Source: Gemmatimonadales bacterium (GTDB taxonomy: Bacteria; Gemmatimonadota; Gemmatimonadetes; Gemmatimonadales; GWC2-71-9). From it: 64,000 nt of DNA. The notes under the pieces were generated by a model that was not told the origin of the DNA, did not search any database, and saw nothing but the letters and a program-made list of their open reading frames with translations. Shown here piece by piece: positions 9,842-20,339 of this stretch (its first letter is position 1; each line of letters opens with the position of its first letter). The stretch is taken from assembly GCA_965249575.1 (NCBI GenBank), contig OZ252244.1, positions 2,784,001-2,848,000 on the forward strand, in the 5' to 3' direction. The translations under genes and the position numbers were made by a program.

Positions 9842-11167
9842 CTGACCGTTGCGGAGCTGGCACAAATCGGGGCGCTGACCGTCATCTCGCGAACATCGGT
9901 CATGCGCTTCAGCGGTACCAATAGATCCGTACCCGAGATCGCCAGCGAATTGAACGTTGATGCGCTCGTGGAGGGCTCAGTCTTCCGAGCGGGAGATCGC
10001 GTGCGCATCACGGCCACGCTCGTTCGTGCTGTGCCGGAGGAGAGGATGTGGGTCCGCACCTATGAGCGGAATTTGCGCGATGTGCTCGCGCTCCACAGCG
10101 AGGTCGCTCGAGGGATCACCCGCGAAATAGAGGCAGAGGTCACTCCCCAGGAAGAGGAGCGGCTTGCAACTACGCAACGCGTCGACCCTGCCGTGCTCGA
10201 GGAATACCTGCAGGGGCGAGCAGAACAGGCAAGAGGTACGGTGGCGGGATTCGAGAGAGCCATTGACTACTATCGGACGACCATCAAGAAGTCTCCGGAC
10301 TTCGCACCCGCCCACGCGGCGATGGCGCTGTCCCTGTATCTTCGAGCTGCCTTCGGCGGGGCGTCGCCGGAGGAGACGGAGCCCGAGGCGAAGGCTGCGG
10401 CCGAGCGAGCGCTGGTCCTGGACGAATCACTGACGGAGGCCCGCGCGGTGCTGGCTGGCGTCGAATCCATGTACGAGTGGGACTGGGTTGGTGCCGAACG
10501 CGAGTACCGACGGGCGATCAGCCTCGATCCAAATTCGGCCATCACCCGCCAGTGGTACGCCTACCATCTCTCCGCCATCGGACAGCACGACGATGCGATC
10601 GCCCAGGCGCGGCGTGGGTTGGAGCTCGATCCGCTCAACCCCAACGCCAGAATCGTTCTGGCGGACCAGTTCATCCATGCACGTCGGTTCGACTTGGCGA
10701 AGGAGGAGTCGCGGAGAGCCCTCGACATGGACCCCCGCATCGAACGCGCCCGGGAGTTGCTCGAGTGGATCGCGACCCGCGAGGAGCGGTTCGACGACGC
10801 CGTGGCGATCCGACGCGAAATCCTCCGCCGGTCCGGTGGAGCCGAGCAGGGCTCTGCACTTGCGGAGTTGGAGAGAGAGTACACTGCCAGTGGACCGAAA
10901 GGGTACTGGTATTGGCATCTGCGACGGCTCGAAGAGGCCGCGGCCAATCGATACGTCAGCCCAACTGCCCTTGCAGCCGTTCACATCGCGCTGGGACAGT
11001 ACGATCAGGCAGTGGAGTGGCTCGAGAAAGCGTATCGGGAAAAGGCGGGCGTTGAGTTCCTCAAGGTTGCACCAGAGTACGATTCCCTACGTTCGGATGC
11101 GCGATTCCAAGCTCTTCTCGGCCGCATGAACTTCCCGTCAGCGGCCCGTACCACGCCGCCGGACTAG
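9842..11167 (+). pseudogene. TolB-N-like plus TPR C-terminal module of a kinase/adenylate-cyclase-type protein, 5'-truncated
   Basis: LAQIGALTVISRTSVMRF...LNVDALVEGSV...DRVRITATL, TPR repeats, YDSLRSDARFQALL end; no N-terminal catalytic domain. Confidence 0.8.
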
Positions 11168-11327
11168 CCGCCGCGCGCCCGCAACCTAGCGTAGCGCTCC
11201 CACCAGATCATAGGGGGACTGTCACGATCGGCCACGCCCCCGCCGACTCCGAACTCGCGCGACTAGATCGATTCCGGGCCTCACCCTTTCTTACGACTCA
11301 CTAAACCGGGCACCAGTCGAGTGCTGC

Positions 11328-11581
11328 ACCGATATCGAGGTCACGTTCTCCAGCTCGGGGGTGAGAGCAAACTGGAAGCCGTCTTTCGAGACCATCCTCG
11401 ACCTGGTCGAGCCAAACGGATTGAGCCCAGACTACAGCTGCCGGTCCGGCATCTGCCAACCTAGGTGTGTCCGGTGGAAGAAGGGGAGGTGGAGTACGTC
11501 TTAGCGCCCTCGATGCGCCGGATCCGAGCTCGGCGCTGATCTGCTGCTCCCAGCCCAGGACCAACGTGGTGGTGCGTGTGA
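11328..11581 (+). pseudogene. 2Fe-2S ferredoxin domain remnant (C-terminus of an FAD oxidoreductase)
   Basis: EVTFSSSG..W..ETILDL..YSCRSGIC..GEVEY..ALICCSQPRTNVVV with frameshifts. Confidence 0.7.
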
Positions 11582-11779
11582 CCGGGGTACGCTACTGGCT
11601 GATGAGCCACAAGACGCGCTTCGAGAGTGACCTTGAAGGGTCGTAATCAAAACGACTAGTCCGCTAATCACAGTTTGCGGCTTGATCGCAAAGGCCTCCG
11701 GGGAAAGCCCGGAGGCCACGCCATCGGCATGCGGCTCTCCCCTCTTTGTTTCCGAATGCCAGCGGCTTGCGATGAGGAT

Positions 11780-12223
11780 TTAGGACATGGCCGTGGCGTA
11801 GCTGCCCGTGCGCTTGCGTAACCACGTGTAGCTGCTGCCGAGGATGGCACCATACACCAGATGCCCCACCAAGCTGGGCAACATCGCCACCGCGGCGGCG
11901 ACATTCCAGTTGACGCCGAGGCCCATCCCCAGAAAGAGCGGCATCAGCGTCAGGGGTCCGAGAATCCACCAAAAGCCACCATACAGAAGACCACTGAACA
12001 GCCCGTTGCTGCTATTGCTCACGAACCGACCCACCACCACGGCGAAACCGGCGCCGATGATGGCACTGTTAATCAAGTGCACGACAAATCCCGTCGTGAC
12101 CGATGGCTGCCCTACCATCTTTCCGATCATGGGCAGCATTCCCATCGTCCCCATCATGGCGCCAAACACGACGCCGCCGGCCAAACCGCCGTAGGCACCT
12201 AGCGCAATGTTCCGTGTGTACAT
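11780..12223 (-). CDS. Conserved-type membrane protein, ~4 TM
   Basis: GGLAGGVVFGAMM...HL..SAIIG...SLVGHLVYGAILG; GGAGG RBS. Confidence 0.8.
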   Translation of the reverse strand: MYTRNIALGAYGGLAGGVVFGAMMGTMGMLPMIGKMVGQPSVTTGFVVHLINSAIIGAGFAVVVGRFVSNSSNGLFSGLLYGGFWWILGPLTLMPLFLGMGLGVNWNVAAAVAMLPSLVGHLVYGAILGSSYTWLRKRTGSYATAMS

Positions 12224-12579
12224 GTTTCGTTTCCTCCATGAGAACGTTTTCTTGCTTTCGGAATCGCGAGATCCCCGGCTCGGCGCTCAACGGCGGCCCT
12301 TGGGGGCTTGCCGTTTGATCCCGGGACCTAATCAAGAGATCCGGCCAACGTACAGGGCAAATCCCTCGTTGCTAGTGAGTGTTCTGGGGCCCCGATTCCT
12401 TACACCGCGGAGTTCGAGGACTGGGGTGGCGGGCCGCCCCCGGCGCGGGTCTGGCTCCTCCGCTCGCCGCGTCTCGTTCGCGTGGATCCGCCTTGGGGGA
12501 ATGGGTGGGACGAACCTAGAGCGGATTTGGTGGAGGGTTCAGTGACTACCTCTCCGACCCAGGCTCGAGGTGGCGCTCG

Positions 12580-13200
12580 TCACACGGTGGAAGGACCTTC
12601 GATGCCCTTTGCTTCCAGGCAGCTTCTGAGGCGGTGACGCGCTCGATGTATCAGCGCTCCCAGGTTGCTGGGCGTGATCCGGAGCATCTCGCAGATCTCG
12701 CTCGTCGTCAGTCCTTCGACCTCCCGTAGCAGGAACGCCTTTCGCTGTTTGGGCGGCGTGAGGTCGAGACAGCTCTCAATCCCTTCCCGGGCCTCTTCGT
12801 TCACGACCGCTGCATCTACGGGCTGGGGACGTCGGACCCAGGCCCCGCTCCGGAAGCGTCCCTCGTAGACTTCGTCGATTTGGTCGATCTCACGCTCCCG
12901 CCTCAACTTGCGGCGGGCCTTTGCGATCTTCTTATACAGGATTCCGAACAGCCACGTCCGAACGTGTGAACGGCCCTCGAATCGCGGCGCCGCCTCGACA
13001 AAGGTTCCGAACGTCGATTGCGTCACGTCCTCAGCGACCTGGGGATCTAAACCGGCCCCCCGAGCCGCACGTCGTATTTGCGATATGTAGGCGCCGGCGA
13101 CTCGCTGGAGCGCGGCGCCGTCCCTCTGCCGGATCTGCGTTGCCAGGTCGGTACCGTCCTCGACGACGTCGGTTGACCGGGCTATCGGGGCTTGCCTCAT
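12580..13200 (-). CDS. ECF RNA polymerase sigma factor
   Basis: AEDVTQSTF, FEGRSHVRTWLFGIL, AFLLREVEGLTTSEIC..L.IT..N...LIHRAR; start uncertain. Confidence 0.85.
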   Translation of the reverse strand: MRQAPIARSTDVVEDGTDLATQIRQRDGAALQRVAGAYISQIRRAARGAGLDPQVAEDVTQSTFGTFVEAAPRFEGRSHVRTWLFGILYKKIAKARRKLRREREIDQIDEVYEGRFRSGAWVRRPQPVDAAVVNEEAREGIESCLDLTPPKQRKAFLLREVEGLTTSEICEMLRITPSNLGALIHRARHRLRSCLEAKGIEGPSTV

Positions 13201-13396
13201 GGTGAACCACACTCACGTGTAAGAGTTCGTTGGCGTTCGACACTCACTGCATGAGAAACAACTATCGACCCGCGCAAGTTCCGCCCGTGCGGGATCGAAC
13301 CTGCCTACGCCGGTCGCGGACATCCAAGCACGCTCCGCGCTCCCGGTGGTGAGGGGGGGACGGTAGGCTCGCAGCGCTGATGAAAGGACGTGGAAT

Positions 13397-14077
13397 ATGC
13401 CAGAGCTCACACTTCGTGCAGCCGCCAGTTCGTTCGCCGTGGTACTGCTGGCTGGGTGCGCTTCGCTGCAGGTGCGGACGGACTACGACACAGACGCGTC
13501 GTTCGCTCAACTCAGAACGTACAGCTGGATCACATCGCCTGGGCCAGGCGAGGGTGATCCCGTCGTCAACAGCCCGTTGCTGGAGCGGCACATCGAGGGC
13601 ACGGCCGACAGCATACTGACCAGCATGGGTTACAAGAGAATCGACGGCGGAACGCCCGACTTCCGGGTCACGGCCCGCGTGGATGCGGATCGGAAGACGG
13701 CGGTACGATCCTACGGGTACTCCAGTGGGTACGGGTACGGTCCGTACTACCCCCGCGGGTTCGGCCGCTCGAGATTCGGTCTGGGTAGGTACTACGGGTA
13801 CACCGGATTCGGCCTGGGCCGGTACGGGCTCTACGGCGGGGAGCCATACGTCGACGAGTATTTGGAGGGAACCCTCGTGCTGGACATCGTGGATGGCCGC
13901 TCGGGCCACCTCCTCTGGCGCGGCTGGGCCACGAAGAGGCTGGATGCGAGCCCGGAACCGAAGAACGTGCGCGAATATGCTCGGGAGGCAGTTCGCGAGA
14001 TTCTCAAAGAGTTCTCGCCGGCTGGGATACGATCTCCTGAGCTCAAACCTCGGCCCGAGCGCGTTGCGCGCGGCTGA
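13397..14077 (+). CDS. DUF4136-like lipoprotein
   Basis: LLAGC lipobox, VRTDYD..F..TYSW, G/Y-rich loop, YLEGTLVLDIVD...LLWRGWA. Confidence 0.85.
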   Translation: MPELTLRAAASSFAVVLLAGCASLQVRTDYDTDASFAQLRTYSWITSPGPGEGDPVVNSPLLERHIEGTADSILTSMGYKRIDGGTPDFRVTARVDADRKTAVRSYGYSSGYGYGPYYPRGFGRSRFGLGRYYGYTGFGLGRYGLYGGEPYVDEYLEGTLVLDIVDGRSGHLLWRGWATKRLDASPEPKNVREYAREAVREILKEFSPAGIRSPELKPRPERVARG

Positions 14078-14164
14078 AGCGAACATGAAGCCTGAGGTGC
14101 GGACGCTGGTGTGGCCCCGAAGCGTAAGAAACTGGAGCCGACGAGCACTCACATAGCGTGAGAC

Positions 14165-14614
14165 ATGAACGGGAAAGGATGGTCAATCATGCCTAGGGCA
14201 CTTGGCGCCGCGGCCATAGTCGCAGCTGCCCTCCTGACTGTGTCGGCAACTCCACGAGCGGTGGCTGCGCAGAACGATCCCGATGTGGCCGTCGACGCGT
14301 TACCGAAGCCCGTGCTGTCGACCACTGTCGAGGTCCAGAACGACAGCTGGAGCGACCTCCGGATCTATGTCGTGAGTGTTGATTCCGGAGCCCGGTATCG
14401 GCTCGGGACCGTTTCAGCTACACGGTCGGGGACGTTCCGCCTGCCGGACGCCTTCCTGACCGCCGGAGACCGGCTGATTCTGGTTGCCGACCCCATCGGC
14501 GGGCCGGAGTTCGTGGCGTCGGAACGGTTCACGATATACCCCGGTGAGCTCATCCGCTGGGATCTCCGGAACGACCCTCGCATGGCGCACCTGCGGGTTT
14601 TCCGGACCGGCTGA
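14165..14614 (+). CDS. Secreted hypothetical protein
   Basis: Signal peptide; TTVEVQNDSWSDLRIYV..RYRLGTV. Confidence 0.7.
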   Translation: MNGKGWSIMPRALGAAAIVAAALLTVSATPRAVAAQNDPDVAVDALPKPVLSTTVEVQNDSWSDLRIYVVSVDSGARYRLGTVSATRSGTFRLPDAFLTAGDRLILVADPIGGPEFVASERFTIYPGELIRWDLRNDPRMAHLRVFRTG

Positions 14615-14911
14615 GGCTAGGGCCTCGACTAGATGGTGTGCGGGACATAGGTAGGATCCCAGCTGCACTCCTAGGGCAGCTGGGTTCTCCTTCGTGGAGT
14701 GATTGAAGGCCGCGATGGGGTTCTCGAGGCCCTGGGAACGCCCGATGCACCGAAGGGCCTAGTCGCTGCCGGCATGAACATCTTGGGTCCGCCGTTCCAC
14801 GATGTCGACGAGTGACGCCTCTCCATCCTTACTCCCGTTCCAAGAGCGTTGCGGACACCGTCCCCGCGGCGCCCCAGATCCATGACAGGATCTGGGGGCG
14901 GAGTAAATAGC

Positions 14912-15073
14912 CGGATCGATGCCCTGCTTTTTCAACCGAGGTGAGAGCGTTGCTGGCTTGATACCGAGGAGTGCCGCGGCGCCATTGGGGCCGAAGACGA
15001 CTCCGCTAGCGCGCTTCAACGCTACGAGGATGTTTTCGCGCTCTCGCCGTCGCATCTCCATCTCCGGGATCAC
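14912..15073 (-). pseudogene. Sigma54-dependent activator C-terminal HTH remnant
   Basis: VIPEMEMRRRERENILVAL..G.VFGPNGAAALLGIKPATL, paralogous to the end of the 33261 gene. Confidence 0.75.
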
Positions 15074-15240
15074 GTCCGATTCCGTTGCCCCCCGTACTCC
15101 CCTCTCCGGTTTCCGGAGAGGCGGATGGCTTCCGGTACTGTGTGATGCCGTAAGAAGAGGGCGAGTCCCGTTGACGAAAATGACCGGGGTGAACTCGCAG
15201 TGGCCGACGCCGCCCCTGGTCTCACTAGCCCAGCTTCTGC

Positions 15241-16095
15241 CTATTTTTTCGGGAGATGCTCCCATAGGCGAGCGAGGCCTTCCAATGGGTCTCTGGGCTG
15301 CTCAAAACCGAGATTCGTACTGACGGCGATCGCGAACCTGTCGTCCGGCTGTATCCAAAGTGCTGACGACCCGTTCCAATCGCTTCCGGCCACCATAGGA
15401 ACGGTCTGACCATCGATGTCCGCCAGCACCCAGCCGTAACTTCTATTTGACAGCTCCCCTGACATCAGCGTGTGTCGTTCGAACATTTGCGAAACCAGCT
15501 CGCCGGGAAGCAACGTCCTGTCCATAAGGGCTCTCGCAAACAGACGAGGTCGAGGGGCGTCGTGAGATAGCCACCTGCCCCAGGTGCCCACGACGGATCG
15601 ACCGGATCAGCGTTGAAGGGCACGCCCACCTGTGTGCTTCGGAGGTGCTTCTGCTGCCACAACCCTATCCAAGCACTCGTATTGGCTTCGGTGCGAATCA
15701 TGTAAGCTCCCGCCCGTCCCGCCGCGACTTCGTAGGAGTTGTCAACTCGTGTATGGTTCATATTGGCAGGCTTGATCACCCGGTCTTGCAGGTAGGTGTG
15801 AAACGGGACGCCTGACGCCCCCTCCACCGCACAAGCCAGAAGCGTGTATCCCGCATTGGAGTACACCGCTCTGGTGCCCGGCTCAGCGACAAGCGAATCC
15901 TCAGCAAATCGCTCCAGGGCGTCCTCGACGGAGGGATAATGCTGGCGATTAAACACGTCTTCAAAGACGGAAGGGCGGAGGCCTCCCTCATGGTGGAGCA
16001 GCCTCCTCGCAGTTACCACCCAGCGTTTCTCGGGGTATACCGAACAGTAGGTCTGTATTGAGGCATCGAGATCGAGCGATCCGTCAACCGCTAGG
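15241..16095 (-). pseudogene. Beta-lactamase-family serine hydrolase, 5'-truncated and frameshifted near 15545
   Basis: LDLDASIQTY, LLHHEGG, YSNAGYTLL, GAGGYLTTPLDL; the SxxK-bearing N-terminus is missing. Confidence 0.75.
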
Positions 16096-16296
16096 CGAAG
16101 AGGGACTCCGACACCGAGTGGAGATCGCATTCAGAGGGTGACACTGACTGGAAAAAATGTCTCGTCCTGCTCATGGTGGATGTGGCGACCAGGACCCAAT
16201 GAGCAGGATGGCGCGCCCCGCCATGGCGACGGCGGGTAATCGCTTCGAGCCTCCGCCAGCGACACACACCTCGCCGCCGGAGCCACCGCGGCTCTG

Positions 16297-16730
16297 CTAG
16301 TAATACCAGCTCAGGCCAAGCTGCGCGTAGCTATCCTTGCGCAAGAAGTACAACGGGTCCTCCAGGTGGGCGTTCGTCCCCGCCCTGATCTCGAAGTCGG
16401 CGGTGAAGCTCTCACCCACTCTCCGGCTCGCCTCCACCAGCCAAGACACCGTGGCCCGATCGACGTCGAGGACTGCGCCTGCGAGAATCGCCGTGCTCTG
16501 CACGTCGTTCAGGGCGAAGCGCCCGGCCATGAAGAGATCGTTGTCGAACACGGACACCGCGACGAGCGGCTGGCTGAAGTCCGACGTCCTCGTGTCGTGG
16601 CTGTATTCGGCGAGGAGGCCGATGTCGAGCCCCGTGTTGCCGACGTTGCCCAGCGTGAATTCGAACCCGGCGGTAAACGCTTGGAAGCGATCTCCCTGGC
16701 CGCTTCGCGTGATCGCTTCGATCTTCCAAG
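16297..16730 (-). pseudogene. Outer-membrane beta-barrel-like protein, C-terminal fragment
   Basis: Alternating beta strands, FDNDLF, ends LGLSWYY*; no 5' part. Confidence 0.6.
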
Positions 16731-16732
16731 CC

Positions 16733-16977
16733 AGGGAGAGTTGGCCGTTCGGTTGCTTCCCATGAGCAAAGAAGCCTGGCGAGGTGCGCATCGGGTGGAA
16801 GACTTAGCGCGGATCTACACGATGGTCGGCGAGTACGAGGCCGCGATCGATCGACTCGAAAGCTTGTTGGCTGTTCCGTCGCCCACCGCCGTTCCGATGC
16901 TCAGAATCGGGCCGACCTGGGAGCCACTGCGCGATCATCCGCGCTTCCAAGCGTTGCTCGCCAAGTACGAGAACTAG
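16733..16977 (+). pseudogene. Kinase-TPR family 3' tail remnant
   Basis: LARIYTMVGEYEAAIDRLESLL...WEPLRDHPRFQALL*. Confidence 0.75.
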
Positions 16978-17016
16978 CAAACGCGTCCCTGCAGGGCGCG
17001 AGTAGACGACGGCTCG

Positions 17017-17037
17017 TGTTGTGAGCTTTGTTGTGAG
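17017..17037. repeat. Direct repeat TGTTGTGAG x2 (period 12), arm-type-site-like
   Basis: Copies at 17017 and 17029, ~110 bp upstream of the tRNA-Pro fragment. Confidence 0.55.
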
Positions 17038-17143
17038 TTTCGTGCTACTTCGCATCCGCAAATCAGATTCGGATACGACACCGATGCCCAGAACACCGCG
17101 TGAATGCTACGCTTAGTCGTACCTAACCGAGCTGCGGTGGTGC

Positions 17144-17185
17144 ATGGAGTTCAGGGGGTCGCGGGTTCAAATCCCGCCGTCCCGA
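17144..17185 (+). mobile_element. 3' half of tRNA-Pro, att core copy 2
   Basis: atggagttcagggggtcgcgggttcaaatcccgccgtcccga; identity with copy 1 extends through ttcac. Confidence 0.85.
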
Positions 17186-17197
17186 TTCACAAACAAG

Positions 17198-17224
17198 AAG
17201 AGCGGGCGTTTGCCCGCTTTTCTT
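17198..17224 (+). terminator. Intrinsic terminator
   Basis: agcgggc-gttt-gcccgct followed by T-rich tract. Confidence 0.65.
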
Positions 17225-17240
17225 GTCTGTCATCGTGGCG

Positions 17241-17316
17241 ACGGGCTATGCGCTCGCTCCCCGTCGGCGGCCTGCCGCCTCGCGGTCGCACCGCGTCGAA
17301 TCCCGCCGTCCCGACT
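17241..17316 (+). repeat. Triple-hairpin mini-element ending in a tRNA-Pro T-loop/acceptor duplicate, copy A
   Basis: About 5 differences from 34115-34191. Confidence 0.8.
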
Positions 17317-17349
17317 AGCGAAAGTTTATACTAGGCAATAAGATAGAGG

Positions 17350-17380
17350 GCGGGCGATCTAGCTCAGGGTCGCCCGCTTT
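17350..17380 (+). terminator. Hairpin/terminator after the short tRNA-Pro duplicate
   Basis: gcgggcgat...gtcgcccgc then ttt. Confidence 0.55.
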
Positions 17381-17387
17381 CGGCGTT

Positions 17388-17409
17388 TGTGTGCCAATAG
17401 TGTGCCAAA
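17388..17409. repeat. Arm-type-like motif TGTGTGCCaATaGTGTGCCAAA
   Basis: 20/22 identical to 3957-3978. Confidence 0.65.
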
Positions 17410-17458
17410 CCCAGAGGATGTGGTTCACCGAGTCCCATCCTTGCTCCTTAGGTTTCAT

Positions 17459-17518
17459 CATGATGGCGCGGACGGTTTCTTCGTCGCACGTGCCCCAGGC
17501 TCCTGCGATGCCACACAC
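17459..17518 (-). pseudogene. Asparagine synthase / class II glutamine amidotransferase 5' stub
   Basis: GGAGGAG RBS, GTG-CGIAG start; truncated after ~20 codons, just before the att region. Confidence 0.65.
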
Positions 17519-17523
17519 GGATA

Positions 17524-19140
17524 CTACTCCTCCTTCTTCAATAATTGTCGGCTCTCCAGGAACTCGCGAGCCACGTCGGCCGGGCGGCGCTTCCGCTCGT
17601 CCACCTCGAAGTTGAGATGCTGCATGGTGGCGTCGTCGACGAGGCCGCCCAACAAGCCGAGCGCTTGGCGCAAAGCCGGATGGGCCTCTAGCACCTCGAT
17701 GCGGACAACCGGCGCCGCCTGATAGGGAGGGAAGAATCCGCGGTCGTCTCGCAGCGGCTGGAGGTCGAACGCCGCGATCCGTCCGTCAGTGGCGAAGGCG
17801 GAGATAGCGTCGACTTCCCTGTTCGCGATGGCCTGATACATGAGCGCCGGATCGAAGTCCCGTACCTCCCGGAAACGAAGCCCATAAGCACGGCGCAGGC
17901 CGGGGTAACCGTCCGGCCGCTCACTGAACTCGGCGGTGAACCCGGCTCGAAGCGTTCCGGCGAGCGGGACCAGATCCGAAATGGTCCGCAGTTCGCGGGA
18001 TGCGGCATCAGACGTTCGGACGGTGATCGCGTACGTGTTGTTGAAACCGAACGGAGGAAGCCATTCTGCCAAGAAACGCTGCCGGTATTCGCGGGCGACG
18101 ATGGCGTGGATTCGATCGGGATCGGCCATAACGTCCTGGTTGAGGATCGTGGTCAGAGCCGTGCCGGTGTACTCGGCATACAAGTCGATCCCTCCACTCG
18201 TGAACGCCCCGTGGGAGATCATCGTCCCACCAAGATTGAAGCGCCGCTCCACCCGCAAATCGGTGCGCGCCTCGATAACCTGGGCCATCAACTCCCCGAG
18301 GATCAGCTGCTCGGTGAAGTTTTTCGTCCCGATCGTTACCGTCCTCCCATCCACTGCAGACGGTCCCCAGGCCGGGTTCGAAGGGGAGGCGCGCGTCGAG
18401 AGGTACGCGAACCCCCCCGTGACGATGAGCGCCACCGGCATCGCGAGCGCGACCGGCCGCAGGAACGGGTCGATTCGTTCTTTGAGCCGGGAGCCTTTCG
18501 GTCGCTTGCGACGCAGTCCCCACTGAAAGGCCGCGATGGAACCGTCGACGATCAGCGCCAGGACCGCGGCGGGAAGGGCTCCCAGCAGGATCAGTCGCGT
18601 GTCCGACAGCGCAAGACCCCGGTTGATGAACTGACCGAGCCCCCCCGCGCCGATGAAGGCCGACAACGTCGCGATCCCAACCCCAACCACCGCGGCCGTG
18701 CGGATACCGGCCACGATCACGGGCGTCGAGAGCGGGATCTCGACCAATCGCAGCCGCTGGCCCGAGGTCATCCCGATCCCGTGGGCGGCCTCCACCACGG
18801 CGGGAGGCACGCCGTTCAAGCCGGTCAGCGTGTTGCGCACGATCGGCAGCAGCGCATACAGGGTGAGGGCAATGATGGCCGGGACCGCGCCGATCTTCTG
18901 CAGCAAGGCCAGGAGAATCGCGAGCATCGCCAGACTGGGGATGGTCTGCAGAATGCCGACGCCACCGGTCAAAGGGCCGCGGAGCCACCAAACTCGGGCC
19001 GCCCAGATGCCAAGCGGGATACCCATGAGTATCGCGATCCCCGTGGACGTGCCGGTCAGGATCAAGTGCTCGCCTGTCCGCACCCAAAGTTCGGGCAGTC
19101 GCTCAGACACGAACGCGATCCACGAGTCCGCGGGCATCAC
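17524..19140 (-). CDS. Osmoprotectant (glycine betaine/choline) ABC transporter, fused permease and substrate-binding protein
   Basis: LQTIPSLA, EAAHGIGM, IGAGGLG, IGTKNFTEQ, EYTGT, GFNNTYA, FFPPY. Confidence 0.95.
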   Translation of the reverse strand: MMPADSWIAFVSERLPELWVRTGEHLILTGTSTGIAILMGIPLGIWAARVWWLRGPLTGGVGILQTIPSLAMLAILLALLQKIGAVPAIIALTLYALLPIVRNTLTGLNGVPPAVVEAAHGIGMTSGQRLRLVEIPLSTPVIVAGIRTAAVVGVGIATLSAFIGAGGLGQFINRGLALSDTRLILLGALPAAVLALIVDGSIAAFQWGLRRKRPKGSRLKERIDPFLRPVALAMPVALIVTGGFAYLSTRASPSNPAWGPSAVDGRTVTIGTKNFTEQLILGELMAQVIEARTDLRVERRFNLGGTMISHGAFTSGGIDLYAEYTGTALTTILNQDVMADPDRIHAIVAREYRQRFLAEWLPPFGFNNTYAITVRTSDAASRELRTISDLVPLAGTLRAGFTAEFSERPDGYPGLRRAYGLRFREVRDFDPALMYQAIANREVDAISAFATDGRIAAFDLQPLRDDRGFFPPYQAAPVVRIEVLEAHPALRQALGLLGGLVDDATMQHLNFEVDERKRRPADVAREFLESRQLLKKEE

Positions 19141-19895
19141 AACATCCCTCGGTACGCCGCAAGCTGCTGCGCGGGTTTGGCAAAGAGCTCGCGGACGAAG
19201 GCGGTTACCGGATTCTGTATAATCTCCTCTCTCGCTCCGATCTGCTCGAGACGGCCGGCATGCAGGACCGCGATCCGATCTCCAAGGGTCATGGCCTCGA
19301 AGATATCGTGGGTTACGAAGACGATTGTCTTCTTCAGCCGTTCCTTAAGGGTGAGCAGTTCCTGCTGTTGCGTGTCGCGCGTCAACGCGTCCAGTGCGCC
19401 GAAGGGTTCGTCCATCAAGAGATGCGCGGGGTCGGCCGCCAGCGCCCGTCCTACGCCGACACGTTGCTGCTGCCCACCCGACAGCTCTTCGGGAAACCGG
19501 CCGGCGTAGGTCTCCGCGTCCAGGCCGACGAGGGCGAGCAGCTCCCGGGCTCGATCCCGTCGCCGCGCCGCGGGCCAACCCAGAAGGCGCGGCACCATGG
19601 CCATGTTCTCCTCGACCGTCATGTGGGGGAACAGCCCGATTCCCTGGAACACGTAGCCGATCTTCCGACGCAGCGAGACTGGGTCCTGCCCGGCGATGTC
19701 CTCGCCGTCCATCTCTATCGTGCCGGAAGTGGGTTCCAGCAGCCGGTTTGCCAGCTTGAGAAGCGTTGTCTTACCTGAGCCGGAGGAGCCGAGGAGTACG
19801 AGGGTTTCGCCTTCGCGGACGTCCAGGGAGACATCGTCGACGGCAAGGTGGCTTCCGCCATCGAAGGACTTGGAGACGTGCTTGAAGGAGATCAT
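19137..19895 (-). CDS. Osmoprotectant ABC transporter ATP-binding subunit
   Basis: GSSGSGKTT, LSGGQQQRVG, LLMDEPFGALD, FVTHD. Confidence 0.95.
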   Translation of the reverse strand: MISFKHVSKSFDGGSHLAVDDVSLDVREGETLVLLGSSGSGKTTLLKLANRLLEPTSGTIEMDGEDIAGQDPVSLRRKIGYVFQGIGLFPHMTVEENMAMVPRLLGWPAARRRDRARELLALVGLDAETYAGRFPEELSGGQQQRVGVGRALAADPAHLLMDEPFGALDALTRDTQQQELLTLKERLKKTIVFVTHDIFEAMTLGDRIAVLHAGRLEQIGAREEIIQNPVTAFVRELFAKPAQQLAAYRGML

Positions 19896-19926
19896 CGGCC
19901 GGGAAGCTGTTGACGCGCCGCGCGGC

Positions 19927-20205
19927 TCAATCGAGGATCAACCTGATCTGCACCGCGCATACCGAATCATCGTTCCAACGATCCGTTTCGATCACTTTGG
20001 CGTCTTCGACGGATGCGTCCGGCAACGCCAGAAACACGGCGGTGAGCCAATGCTCCAACAGCAATTCGTGATCGCCATCGGGGATGCCCGCTACGATGAT
20101 GTGGGAATCCGGATCTTGGGGGTCGTACTCGATGACGAACTGACCCAGCGTGTGTGACTGTGTAAACTGTTCCGTCTCGAGCAACGCGCTCTCGACGTCC
20201 CGCAT
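19927..20205 (-). CDS. Acidic hypothetical protein
   Basis: GAGGAGG RBS; 92 aa; co-oriented in the operon. Confidence 0.6.
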   Translation of the reverse strand: MRDVESALLETEQFTQSHTLGQFVIEYDPQDPDSHIIVAGIPDGDHELLLEHWLTAVFLALPDASVEDAKVIETDRWNDDSVCAVQIRLILD

Positions 20206-20339
20206 AGCACCCTCCTCGATTCGTTGGTGGTCTCGGTCCAGGCGCGGTCAAACTTACGTCCCGGCCGCCACCGCGTGGCCGTGGTGTGCGCATTCCGGTC
20301 GCCTGCCTGGATTCGGCGCCGGGAACCGAGCTCGACACA

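Noticed and set aside
13700..13845. Repetitive tacggg-rich DNA
   Set aside because: Explained by the Gly/Tyr-rich loop of the DUF4136-like protein.
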